A DNA stretch of 64,000 nucleotides from a virus. How positions within the stretch are numbered: the first letter of the stretch is position 1; each line of letters begins with the position of its first letter. Both the position numbers and the translations under genes were made by a program. The notes beneath the pieces are model-generated. The model searched no databases. It was not told the origin of the DNA and worked only from the letters and a program-made list of their open reading frames with translations. Positions 49,107 through 57,987 of this stretch are shown here, piece by piece. The stretch is taken from IMG/VR virus record IMGVR_UViG_3300041964_000099, positions 57,303-121,302 of that record. One strand, written 5' to 3'.

Positions 49107-49988
49107 ATGACAAAACTCCCTGATGGTGTTGGCATTTTTCTCAAAGGGTTGCAGCGTACTCCTCTACTGACCCCGGTTCAAGAAATTGAGCTGGGTAAAG
49201 CCATTCAAGCAGGGCTAGCTGCCGAAAAAATACACAAACCAACACCTGAAGAAACCAAGATTATTCTTGCAGGCCATCGTGCAAAAAAGCATCTGATTAA
49301 AGCGAATCTGCGCTTGGTATTCAGCATTGCCAAAAAGCCGAAGTACAACGGTCGCGGACTGGAACTGATGGAGCTAATTCAAGAAGGCACTCTGGGCCTC
49401 GATCGAGCTGTCGAGAAGTTTGACCCGACTAAAGGCTATCGCTTTACCACCTATGCGTTCTGGTGGATTCGCCAAGCAATTACCAGGGCGCTTAGTATGC
49501 AGTCACGCACGATTCGCATTCCAACTCACGTTTTGGAAGGATTGAGTAAAGCCCGAACCTTTACGGCTGATTATGTCAAGGAAACAGGGCAAATACCGAC
49601 GATGGAGCAGCTTGCAGAAGTGGCTGATATGTCAGTTGAAAATCTGCGAAACTACAACAAAATTGCCCAGCCGATCACTAGCCTCGATCAAAAAGTTGCT
49701 GATGATTCAAACGCAACGCTGATAGATTTCATTGCGGATGAAAGCAGCGTGCCGCAGCTTGGCTTGGGATTAGACGTTAATCACTATCTCAAAGACTTGA
49801 CGCCGCGAGAATGCAGAGTCTTAGAGCTAACCTATGGCCTCAACGGTTGTGATGCGATTCCCTCACTGAAAATCGCTGAGACTTTAGAAATTACGCGAGA
49901 GCGAGTGCGGCAGCTTCGCACGAAGGCACTGCGGAAGCTAAGAATGAAGATGAATGTTCGCCATCAGCAAGTTAGTTTGGTGAGCTAA
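49107..49988 (+). CDS. Sigma-70 family, group-2-like sigma factor
   Basis: Regions 1.2 ([12 protein letters not shown]), 2 (ANLRLV; ELIQEG...[25 protein letters not shown]), 3 and 4 (TRERVRQL); no region 1.1. Confidence 0.95.
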   Translation: MTKLPDGVGIFLKGLQRTPLLTPVQEIELGKAIQAGLAAEKIHKPTPEETKIILAGHRAKKHLIKANLRLVFSIAKKPKYNGRGLELMELIQEGTLGLDRAVEKFDPTKGYRFTTYAFWWIRQAITRALSMQSRTIRIPTHVLEGLSKARTFTADYVKETGQIPTMEQLAEVADMSVENLRNYNKIAQPITSLDQKVADDSNATLIDFIADESSVPQLGLGLDVNHYLKDLTPRECRVLELTYGLNGCDAIPSLKIAETLEITRERVRQLRTKALRKLRMKMNVRHQQVSLVS

Positions 49989-50458
49989 GGTTTTCCAAAC
50001 CCTTTGCCAGCCCCTTTGGGCGATCGCTGAATGACCAATCCAGTTTGGGCAAGATGCTGCTCGATCGATTTTCCATCAGGGCCAGCAAAAAACAGTTGTT
50101 TGTCTTTGGGGTGCGAAATATGATTGTGCGTTTCATATCCCCAGAAGGAAACATCTCGAAACTGCTGCATGATGCTTCGAGCGATCGGGAAGATATGCAG
50201 TGTTTGCGGTGTAATTCCACGCTCACTATCAAGATAAGGGGCGCAACACATCTTCACAATGTCAAGATTGCTCACCATGTCAACGGGTTCTTGAAACTGA
50301 TGGAGATAAAGAACCAATCCGAACAAGTCAGGACGTGAAGCATAGCCGAAATCGAACAAAATCGGCTCTTGATTGAACTGCAAACGGTTTAGATTTGTTT
50401 CGGTGAACCCAAAGCCGTAAAGCGTTCCTTCTAGCATCTCACCTAAAAATTTAATCAT
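49985..50458 (-). CDS. Hypothetical protein
   Basis: 157-aa ORF convergent with the sigma gene. Confidence 0.55.
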   Translation of the reverse strand: MIKFLGEMLEGTLYGFGFTETNLNRLQFNQEPILFDFGYASRPDLFGLVLYLHQFQEPVDMVSNLDIVKMCCAPYLDSERGITPQTLHIFPIARSIMQQFRDVSFWGYETHNHISHPKDKQLFFAGPDGKSIEQHLAQTGLVIQRSPKGAGKGFGKP

Positions 50459-50527
50459 TGCCTAAATCCGTAAAATCACAATAGATAGTAGTACAGGATT
50501 GATTTACCAAGATAGAAATCAATTACT

Positions 50528-50863
50528 TTGGTGCGTATGCCAATGAATTTGTCATCTTTAGAAATTGAAGCCCAGCCTTTCCCCAATGATGCTTGGATGA
50601 GACTGCAACTGTTGCTTCACAACTACCCCCTAGAAAATCAGGGCGATCGTGTTGCCATCTTTTTCCCTGACAAGCCTGAGCGACCCATCTGCGGTGTGGT
50701 CTGGTTCGATCGCCGTCAATACTGGAATGCCATTGTTGAGAGTCCTAGCGCATGGCAGCAGCTAGGGATAGCGCATCTTGCCTATCAACGAGAGCAAATC
50801 CAGCAGGCGATCGCCATCGCGCTCGCGCCATTTCTGGATGAAAACGTTTTCAAGTCAGCCTGA
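50528..50863 (+). CDS. Hypothetical protein
   Basis: 111-aa ORF, start uncertain. Confidence 0.45.
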   Translation: MVRMPMNLSSLEIEAQPFPNDAWMRLQLLLHNYPLENQGDRVAIFFPDKPERPICGVVWFDRRQYWNAIVESPSAWQQLGIAHLAYQREQIQQAIAIALAPFLDENVFKSA

Positions 50864-51535
50864 ACCCGATTCGGTTGGCACAACACCTGCACCAACAATG
50901 TCTGAGCGCTTCAGGATCATCCCCAAGCTTTCCTGGAAGATTTCGGGGTTTTCTTCTTTCCAATCGGAAAAGTCTTGAGCCAAATTCTCTTCGGTTCGAT
51001 CGACCGGATCGCGCCGCAGCTCATTCGCGTGGAACATAAAGCGGTCAAGCCGTTCAGCATCCAGTCGATCGAGTAAGGTCAGGGCATCATTAATCGTAAA
51101 GCTGACCGAAAGCATCGCCAGTAAGTCCATTTCGCCATGTCCAGACGATTGAGGCGGGTCATACTCGTCATCATTTTGCCAGTCAGGACGCGGCAACGGG
51201 TCAAAGGTATGCAGTTCACCCAGTTTGCAGGGGCGAAACTCGCCGCCCTCACGTCGAAATAGAAATACTTCCTCTAGCTGCATCAAATCCGATCGCAATG
51301 GCGTCAAATCAAACGGCTCTGAGCGATCGAGGCGAGGCAGTAAACCAATAATTGTTTGCATTAGCCGCCAGGAACCTTCATTCTGCACCAGGACGGCAGT
51401 AAGCTGGCTAGATTCTAGCCAGCGTTGATACAAGTCTTGCAGCAGCATTTCCAGCGTTTGCAGCCGCGATCGCGAAGCTGGGCCGTAAAAGGCGACATCT
51501 CCAGATAAGGTACTCAGCTTCAGCGATCGCAGCAT
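50855..51535 (-). CDS. Probable tail assembly chaperone
   Basis: ATG 51535 with GGAG RBS, directly downstream of the tail tube gene. Confidence 0.55.
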   Translation of the reverse strand: MLRSLKLSTLSGDVAFYGPASRSRLQTLEMLLQDLYQRWLESSQLTAVLVQNEGSWRLMQTIIGLLPRLDRSEPFDLTPLRSDLMQLEEVFLFRREGGEFRPCKLGELHTFDPLPRPDWQNDDEYDPPQSSGHGEMDLLAMLSVSFTINDALTLLDRLDAERLDRFMFHANELRRDPVDRTEENLAQDFSDWKEENPEIFQESLGMILKRSDIVGAGVVPTESGSG

Positions 51536-51543
51536 TACAACTC

Positions 51544-52359
51544 CTACGCAGCCGCTGCACCGATGCAGGCGCGGCGCTGGTGCTTGCCCTTGTAAATCAC
51601 TTTGTAAGGCACGCAATCACTCCCGTTATCCTGAACTCGGAAGCTAATCGACATTTCCGGCTTGGTCAAATCGATTTCGCCGTCTTCGAGCTTGACGCTG
51701 ACCGAGGGGAACTTCCATTGCAAGATGGTGCGATCGGTGAGGATCGTGATGACGTTGAGCGCGAAGCTCGAAAAGTCATCTTCCGAGAGTGTGACGGCAG
51801 TAGCCAGGTCTTGAGGCAGGTTGTAAGAAACGTACTTGCCAAGCAAGTCATCAGAGAACTTCATTGCTGCATCTGGGCCTTGTGCAAATGACATAGGCGT
51901 TGCAGGAACAAAACTGGCAAATGGTTGACGAGTCAGAGGCGTTGAAGAATCGTCATCATTGAGCAGAAAAGCTCTAGAGCCTTCCAGGTCAGGGGAAAGA
52001 TTATGACCTTCAGTGGAACTTGCAGCGCCTGCGTAGCTGTTGCGCGTTACGAGCAGGCCGTTCGCAATTAGATTGGCTTCTACGCCGGTTTGCGTCTTGA
52101 ATTCTTTGCCCAGACGCATTCCGATCGAAGTCAAATTCTTGGTTTTCCAGTCGAGCTTGACTTCTGGCTTGGCGGCCATCGGATAGGTGTCCAACACGAC
52201 TGTCTCACCCAAGTGAGACGCACCTTCGATCGTTTGGACTTCGATACCAGGGTTGAAAACTGCACCGGCTGCGGTCGGCATGACCAGCAGGCGGCCTGTC
52301 GGGGTCTCTAGTGAAGCGTTCGCGACACCTTTGATAGTGCGGTATAAATCTCTAGGCAT
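51544..52359 (-). CDS. Major tail tube protein
   Basis: Beta-rich; WKFPSVSVKLEDGEIDLTKPEMSISFRV ending; shares the leader element with the capsid gene; no sheath gene seen. Confidence 0.65.
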   Translation of the reverse strand: MPRDLYRTIKGVANASLETPTGRLLVMPTAAGAVFNPGIEVQTIEGASHLGETVVLDTYPMAAKPEVKLDWKTKNLTSIGMRLGKEFKTQTGVEANLIANGLLVTRNSYAGAASSTEGHNLSPDLEGSRAFLLNDDDSSTPLTRQPFASFVPATPMSFAQGPDAAMKFSDDLLGKYVSYNLPQDLATAVTLSEDDFSSFALNVITILTDRTILQWKFPSVSVKLEDGEIDLTKPEMSISFRVQDNGSDCVPYKVIYKGKHQRRACIGAAAA

Positions 52360-52372
52360 GGGACTTTGGGGT

Positions 52373-52397
52373 TGTGGTAGGGATTGAAAGTGAAAGG
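52373..52397 (-). promoter_or_regulatory. 25-bp leader element (copy 2, upstream of tail tube gene)
   Basis: Identical to 39713-39737; ends 13 nt before the ATG. Confidence 0.7.
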
Positions 52398-52417
52398 GTT
52401 AGGAAACTCGCTCAGCG

Positions 52418-52996
52418 TTAGGTCTGAGGAATGCGAACACGAGTCAGAAACTGATCGAGATCGACGTTGAAGGCATAAGCATTGACCAGCGTATTAGCCG
52501 AAGCAACCGCGTCATCTTTGCCATCTCCATTGGCATCTTTTGAGTCCGAGCCATCAAACCGATGGATGTCAATTTGGACTTTGAGAATGTTGCCGTTTAA
52601 GGTGTGCTTCGAGACCACCTCATAGATTGCTAAATCGTATTGAGGAGGCGTCACAGTTAGAACCGCAGCCGCATTAGTTGCTGAAGCATTGGTGTCAATC
52701 GTGGCACTGTGCGGCGTCGTGGTTAAGTCGATGCTCAAAACAGTGCCGGTGATTTCAGCAGAAGCGATCGCGTCCCGAACGCGCAATTTCGATAAGTTTG
52801 CAGCAGTAATAATGGCCGTACCGTTAGTAACTGCGGCAGTCAATGAAAACGGCGGAGCGGTGCGAGACGGATCAGTAACCCTCAATCGGGCTTGATCCAA
52901 AGCGTCATCTTCAACAGGGGGTTCGACCGTGAGCTGCACGGGCAGCGGTTCGGTCTTGGTGGCTACAGGCCGAGTACCTGTAAGGTTGATTGGCAT
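52418..52996 (-). CDS. Structural protein with an inserted Ig/beta-rich segment
   Basis: Thr/Ala-rich, upstream of the tail tube. Confidence 0.55.
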   Translation of the reverse strand: MPINLTGTRPVATKTEPLPVQLTVEPPVEDDALDQARLRVTDPSRTAPPFSLTAAVTNGTAIITAANLSKLRVRDAIASAEITGTVLSIDLTTTPHSATIDTNASATNAAAVLTVTPPQYDLAIYEVVSKHTLNGNILKVQIDIHRFDGSDSKDANGDGKDDAVASANTLVNAYAFNVDLDQFLTRVRIPQT

Positions 52997-53189
52997 AAAA
53001 AGCCTCTAAATAGGGCAAAGGGCAATGAGCAAACATCTATTGCTCAGCATTCCCGATCGCCGCTTAGGTCACACAAAAAACCGACTCCCTCCATGCACAG
53101 AAGAAGCCAGTATGCGAATTCACTCTAGTCCACCTCTGTTGTGCCCTTCTGCCTGGGCAAAATAACAGCAAGTTTTCGATGCCTTTCTT

Positions 53190-55277
53190 ATGACTGCTGC
53201 TGAGCCGATTTCAATGGAGCTTGCCTTAATTCACTCTGATGGGGTGATGGGTAATGCCGTTACAGGCATGAATGATCCTGCCTATGACAAGACCGTTCAT
53301 TCCTATGTCGATACGGCTACACGGCTTCATCAAAATGAGGTTGAAGACCTGTATGAAGGCAATTGGATCTGTGCCAACTGCATCGACGCTTATCCCCTAG
53401 ACGCAACACGAGAATGGGTTGAAATTAAGCTGGGCGGCAAAGCTCGTGACAAACAAGTAATTGATAGCTTCAACACATATCAGACACGGCTGCATATTGC
53501 CAAAACGATCGAGCTAGCAGATAAGTGGAGTCGGCTGTATGGCGGCGCGGCAATTATTGCTGTGATTGAAGATGGGCAACCCTTTGATAAGCCTGTCCGC
53601 CTCGATCGCATCCGCACGATTCGGCGGCTGGTGGTACTCGATCGCTACAAAGTCCGGCCAGTCATTCACGACACTGACCCGATCAATCCCGACTTCTATG
53701 AGCTGGTGCTGCCTCCTCACCTCACCGAGGCGTTCCAGCTCGCAACCAATCAGCCTCGCGTCGCCGCAGCCGGTCTGCGCATCCACAAATCGCGCGTCAC
53801 CCGATTTGATGGCGTCGAGCTGCCACCTGAGATTATGCGCAGGCGCGAAGGCTGGGGTGGCGGCATCCTCAACCGTATCTACGACACTTTCAACCGTTTT
53901 GAAATGACCAACTCATCCGTTGCCAACCTGGTTGAGGAGGTGAGCATCTTCAAATACGCGATGAAGGGTCTGAAGGAGCTATTGGCGAAGAATGATGAAA
54001 AGAGCGTTTCACAGTTGCGCCGTCGCCTCAGCAGCATGTTCTTGCAGAAGGGCAATAAGAAAGCGCTGGTGTTCGATGCCGATGGTGAAAGTGCAGAAAT
54101 AATGGCCCGCAGCTTTACAGGCTTACCAGAGGTGATGGATCGACTGCAAGCGCATATGGTCGGGGCCAGCGATGTGCCTGCAACCATTCTGTTTGGCCGT
54201 GGCCCGATCGGACTTGCCGCCCAAGGAACCGGCGATGCTGAAGATAAGGTTTGGGGTAAAAAGGTCAAGCGGTATCAGGAAAGCAATTATCGCCCCAAGC
54301 TGACGACGGGAATTGACGATACGGCTGGGCTATTTGATTTGATTTGGCTGGCTCAAGATGGCCCGACCAAAGGCAAAACGCCTGATGATTGGTCTTTCAC
54401 CTTTAAGTCACTTGTTCAGCCAACCCTAGAAGAAGATGTGGCGCTACGCGAGCGGCAGGCCAATGTCGATCGCACTTATAAGGATATGGAAGTGCTGACG
54501 AACGAAGAGATTCGGAACTCGCGCTATGGCGGTTCAGATTACACGATTGAAACAACCCTGGATGAGCTGGCCTGGAGGAAGAAACAGCAGGCAGCCGAAG
54601 AAGGGCTAGACCAGTACAGCGATTACGGCTGGGGTGATGAAGAAGGCACACCTGAAGATGCGGGCACAGCTCAGCTTGAAAGCAGTAACCAACCTGCTCT
54701 ACCTGCTGGGCAAACTGCTGCGCCGGTGGGAGCTACCCCAGCCCTTGCAGGCCGTCAGGATGCTGTACGGCAAGACGATGCCACCCCCATCAAATACGTG
54801 CTGAAGTGGCAGGGGCTACAGCTCGGTGTGACGCATGAACCTGGAGATTTGCGCCACGATCGCCCGATGGCGGCAATTTACTGTCACGTTCGGGGCAGCT
54901 ACGGCGCGGCTGAAGATGGCATGGCGATCGATGCCTATCTGGGGCCGAATCCTGAAAGTGTTGCAGCCTTCAAAGTGCGGCAACTCAAATCTGATGGAAC
55001 AGTTGATGAGACCAAATGGATATTTGGCTGTGATTCGATCGTGCAGGCCAGAGATTTGTATCTGCGGCACATGCCCCAAATGCTGTTTGGCGGCATTGAG
55101 GCAGCCAGCCTCACAGATTTAAGTGCCTATCGCAAAGATGCGGAGAGCTGCGGCTGTGAAGCGTGCCAAACCCTTCAACCCCGGCGCAAAAAAAAACGGC
55201 AAAATCCCCAAAAGCTAAACGAATTGGGAGATGGTCAGAGCATATTGAAGAGTCGATCGATCGAGCCGACAGTTTAG
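53190..55277 (+). CDS. DUF1073-family portal fused to a C-terminal inorganic-pyrophosphatase-like domain
   Basis: SDGVMGNAVTGM, WSRLYGGAAI, IHKSRV, DVPATILFG; C-terminal YCHVRGSYGAAEDGMAIDAYLGP...DETKWIFG. Confidence 0.85.
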   Translation: MTAAEPISMELALIHSDGVMGNAVTGMNDPAYDKTVHSYVDTATRLHQNEVEDLYEGNWICANCIDAYPLDATREWVEIKLGGKARDKQVIDSFNTYQTRLHIAKTIELADKWSRLYGGAAIIAVIEDGQPFDKPVRLDRIRTIRRLVVLDRYKVRPVIHDTDPINPDFYELVLPPHLTEAFQLATNQPRVAAAGLRIHKSRVTRFDGVELPPEIMRRREGWGGGILNRIYDTFNRFEMTNSSVANLVEEVSIFKYAMKGLKELLAKNDEKSVSQLRRRLSSMFLQKGNKKALVFDADGESAEIMARSFTGLPEVMDRLQAHMVGASDVPATILFGRGPIGLAAQGTGDAEDKVWGKKVKRYQESNYRPKLTTGIDDTAGLFDLIWLAQDGPTKGKTPDDWSFTFKSLVQPTLEEDVALRERQANVDRTYKDMEVLTNEEIRNSRYGGSDYTIETTLDELAWRKKQQAAEEGLDQYSDYGWGDEEGTPEDAGTAQLESSNQPALPAGQTAAPVGATPALAGRQDAVRQDDATPIKYVLKWQGLQLGVTHEPGDLRHDRPMAAIYCHVRGSYGAAEDGMAIDAYLGPNPESVAAFKVRQLKSDGTVDETKWIFGCDSIVQARDLYLRHMPQMLFGGIEAASLTDLSAYRKDAESCGCEACQTLQPRRKKKRQNPQKLNELGDGQSILKSRSIEPTV

Positions 55278-57709
55278 GACGGTGGGGCCAATATCGGAAA
55301 GATGCGGGTAAGGAATGCGGGCGATCGCAGGTTGATGACGCCTGGGCGCAGTATCGTGAGGATGCAGCAAAGCGATCGCCCAAGGATCGAGGACTTGTGA
55401 AGCAAGAAATCACCAATAAGCATGGTGAACAGCAAACGGTTTGGAAGAAACCAGTACCGCAGCAGAATCCACACCAACGGCGACAATCGATCGTCTCAGC
55501 AGCAGACTTTAATCGGATTCAACCCGCAAAAATTGAAGGATTAGGAGCGGCTGCAACGTTCAATGAAACGCAAGGTGTCAGTCTGGACGGCAAAAACTAC
55601 GTCCTGAAGACAACGAAACTCAGTTCATTTTCAACCGCAGCTCATGAAATGGTGGTTGCTGACTTAGGCCGATTAGTTGGCGTGCCAGTCAATCGCGTGC
55701 GGTTAGTGCCAACCACTGCGCTCAACCGTCCCGATCGCGCTGCAACTTTGCATGAGGTTGTACCAGGCATCAGCGCCAAACAAGCGCCGATCGCTCAGCA
55801 GGTTGACACCTTTGGACTGGGCCTAAAAGTAGACAAATACACTCCTAAATCATCGGCTTTACAGCGAATTAGTCGGGCCTTGCAACATCCTGACTTAGCT
55901 CGCATCAGCGCTCTAGATTTGTTCGTCGGTCAGACCGATCGCAACCTCGGCAACTTGATTTATGACCCCAAAACCGATCGCTACACCGCGATCGACAACG
56001 AACATGCTTATGATCCTGCCCCCCAACCCATGCCGCTCTATGAAGCGGGCCAGGATGCCCCAAACCAAGTACCCAGTCTCTCGCTGAAGGAAATCTTGGC
56101 AGGCGTGAGCAATCATCCGGTAGGGCTGCCGAGTGAGCGCATGGCGCAAGCCTTCACCGCTGCCGATGACGCTGAACTCGATCGGGCTTTTGCAGGTCAG
56201 GATTTAGAGCCGTTTGTCAGCACATTGGAGAAGCTGCACACCCATTCACCAAGAAGAATTGCTCAGCAGAGACATCGCTATCTGATGGTTGCCAAGGGAC
56301 AAGCTTTTCCCAGCGGAGAAAACACAACGATCGAGCGAACCTGGAATGCCTCGCATCAAGTGCTGAAGCGTCTTCAAGACTATCAGGCCAGACAGCGAGT
56401 AGGTGAGCCACTGCGCACGGATGCCAAGGTAGAGAAAAAGGAACCCGATTTAGCTGACCATATTGCCGATCGCCTGCTGTCAGAAGCGGCTGAGCCGGTG
56501 CGCGGCTGGCTTGACCACATTCGCGGCTGGATGCAGGCCCAAGCAGAAGAAGGGCAGCCCCTAGAAACGGTGCGCGATCGCATGGCTGAGCTGTATGAAC
56601 AGCTTGACCCCGGCCAGTTCTCTCAACTGCTGGGCAATGGCCTCATGCTGAGCCAGCTTGCAGGCCGAGATGAAGTGATGCAGGAAATTGAGGAAGATGA
56701 GCGTCAGGATAGCCTGAGAGCCGACGATCGCCGCATATGGGTTGATGACCCTAGCGTTGAAAACAACGGCTACTACCGTCGCATCAAAGATAGGAAGACA
56801 CCTGCGATCGTTAGCCCATTTGTCAGTCAGAAAGAGTTTAGCCAGTTTCGCCAGGTAAAGGACGTGCGGCATAAAAGCGGCGTCAATACTTCATTTTTTG
56901 TAGAGTCACCCAATGGCGATCGTAAAGTGTTCAAACAGGCATTGCGCAGTGAAGCAATCAGCGTTGCCAGTGAAGTGCTAGCGTCGGAAATTGGCTTACA
57001 GGCTGGAATTAAGGTAAATCGATCGCGCCTGATTCCGGCTGCGGCACGTTCTGAATTTAAGGCCGCAGGTAATGTTGCAACGCTGCATGATCTCGTTCCA
57101 GGTCGGGCTGTGATTGACCTAAAGCGATCGAAGTGGGCAGATACAGATATTCAAATGTCTAGCTGGGCTAGTTACAACTTTGATGCGCTCTTAAACGCAA
57201 CTCAGCATCAAGACTTGGCAAAACTGCTGGCTTTCGATACGTTTGTTGCTAACTCCGATCGCCACTCAGGGAACTTGTTCTACGATCCTCGCAAGGGTTT
57301 CCACGGCATCGACTTGGGCTACAGTTTTGGTGAGCCGGTCGCGATCAAAATGGCTGAAGTTTTGGAAAATACAAGCGATACAACGCTGGAGATGCTGGCT
57401 GAAGATGACCACGCCCGCACTAATCTGACGCACTATGTCACCACGCTTGAAACGTTGCGGCAGCAAAACAGTGCAGACTCATTGAGGTCTCGAAGACTTC
57501 GCTATACAGCGGCAGCGCTGGGCAATCCTCGGTTTGAAACCGAATTTCAGCAGCACGTTCAGATGCAGCAATTACAGCCTGACGAACCATTGAAATATGC
57601 CTCAATGAACGTAGAGCTAGTAAATCATGAGTTTGAAACGCTTCGTCAAAATCAAGCCGCGATTCCCCGCATCATTAATCGCCTCAAACCCTACACTCAA
57701 CAGCCATGA
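55163..57709 (+). CDS. Protein with two HipA/PI3-4-kinase-like domains flanking a Mu-portal-C-terminus-like helical segment; possibly fused to the portal by -1 slippage at A9 (55188-55196)
   Basis: HEMVVADLG...DLFVGQTDRNLGN...AIDNEHAY and SEVLASEIG...DTFVANSDRHSGN...GIDLGYSF. Confidence 0.8.
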   Translation: MPNPSTPAQKKTAKSPKAKRIGRWSEHIEESIDRADSLGRWGQYRKDAGKECGRSQVDDAWAQYREDAAKRSPKDRGLVKQEITNKHGEQQTVWKKPVPQQNPHQRRQSIVSAADFNRIQPAKIEGLGAAATFNETQGVSLDGKNYVLKTTKLSSFSTAAHEMVVADLGRLVGVPVNRVRLVPTTALNRPDRAATLHEVVPGISAKQAPIAQQVDTFGLGLKVDKYTPKSSALQRISRALQHPDLARISALDLFVGQTDRNLGNLIYDPKTDRYTAIDNEHAYDPAPQPMPLYEAGQDAPNQVPSLSLKEILAGVSNHPVGLPSERMAQAFTAADDAELDRAFAGQDLEPFVSTLEKLHTHSPRRIAQQRHRYLMVAKGQAFPSGENTTIERTWNASHQVLKRLQDYQARQRVGEPLRTDAKVEKKEPDLADHIADRLLSEAAEPVRGWLDHIRGWMQAQAEEGQPLETVRDRMAELYEQLDPGQFSQLLGNGLMLSQLAGRDEVMQEIEEDERQDSLRADDRRIWVDDPSVENNGYYRRIKDRKTPAIVSPFVSQKEFSQFRQVKDVRHKSGVNTSFFVESPNGDRKVFKQALRSEAISVASEVLASEIGLQAGIKVNRSRLIPAAARSEFKAAGNVATLHDLVPGRAVIDLKRSKWADTDIQMSSWASYNFDALLNATQHQDLAKLLAFDTFVANSDRHSGNLFYDPRKGFHGIDLGYSFGEPVAIKMAEVLENTSDTTLEMLAEDDHARTNLTHYVTTLETLRQQNSADSLRSRRLRYTAAALGNPRFETEFQQHVQMQQLQPDEPLKYASMNVELVNHEFETLRQNQAAIPRIINRLKPYTQQP

Positions 57710-57987
57710 ACCAATTTCGCCAGTTGCACTCTGATGTCGTAGAGCTGACCTTTTCAGTCAGCGGGAACACCGTTATTGGTGAAATTCCTAAGCACCTCAC
57801 GCGAGCAGTTGAGGACGTGAGACAGCTTCAGCGAATGACGATCGAGCAATACTTGCTGAACTACTGTGGCAGCGCTGGCAATCTGCTTTCACTAGAGCGA
57901 TCGGGCAGCGGTATTGTCCGGGTCGATGGAGAAAGTGACACATTAGATGTCACAAATGTCATTGATGTCACGCGATCGACAGATTAA
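57706..57987 (+). CDS. Small hypothetical protein
   Basis: ATGA-coupled to the kinase gene. Confidence 0.55.
   Translation: MNQFRQLHSDVVELTFSVSGNTVIGEIPKHLTRAVEDVRQLQRMTIEQYLLNYCGSAGNLLSLERSGSGIVRVDGESDTLDVTNVIDVTRSTD

Noticed and set aside
50855-51535. Lambda G/GT-type programmed frameshift in the tail chaperone
   Set aside because: No slippery heptamer with an overlapping downstream frame was identified, and the tape measure gene is not adjacent.
53190-54560. Calling the DUF1073 portal itself an anti-CBASS nuclease
   Set aside because: No paired HxT/S 2H motifs were seen in it; its context (terminase, DUF2213, MuF) indicates a portal.
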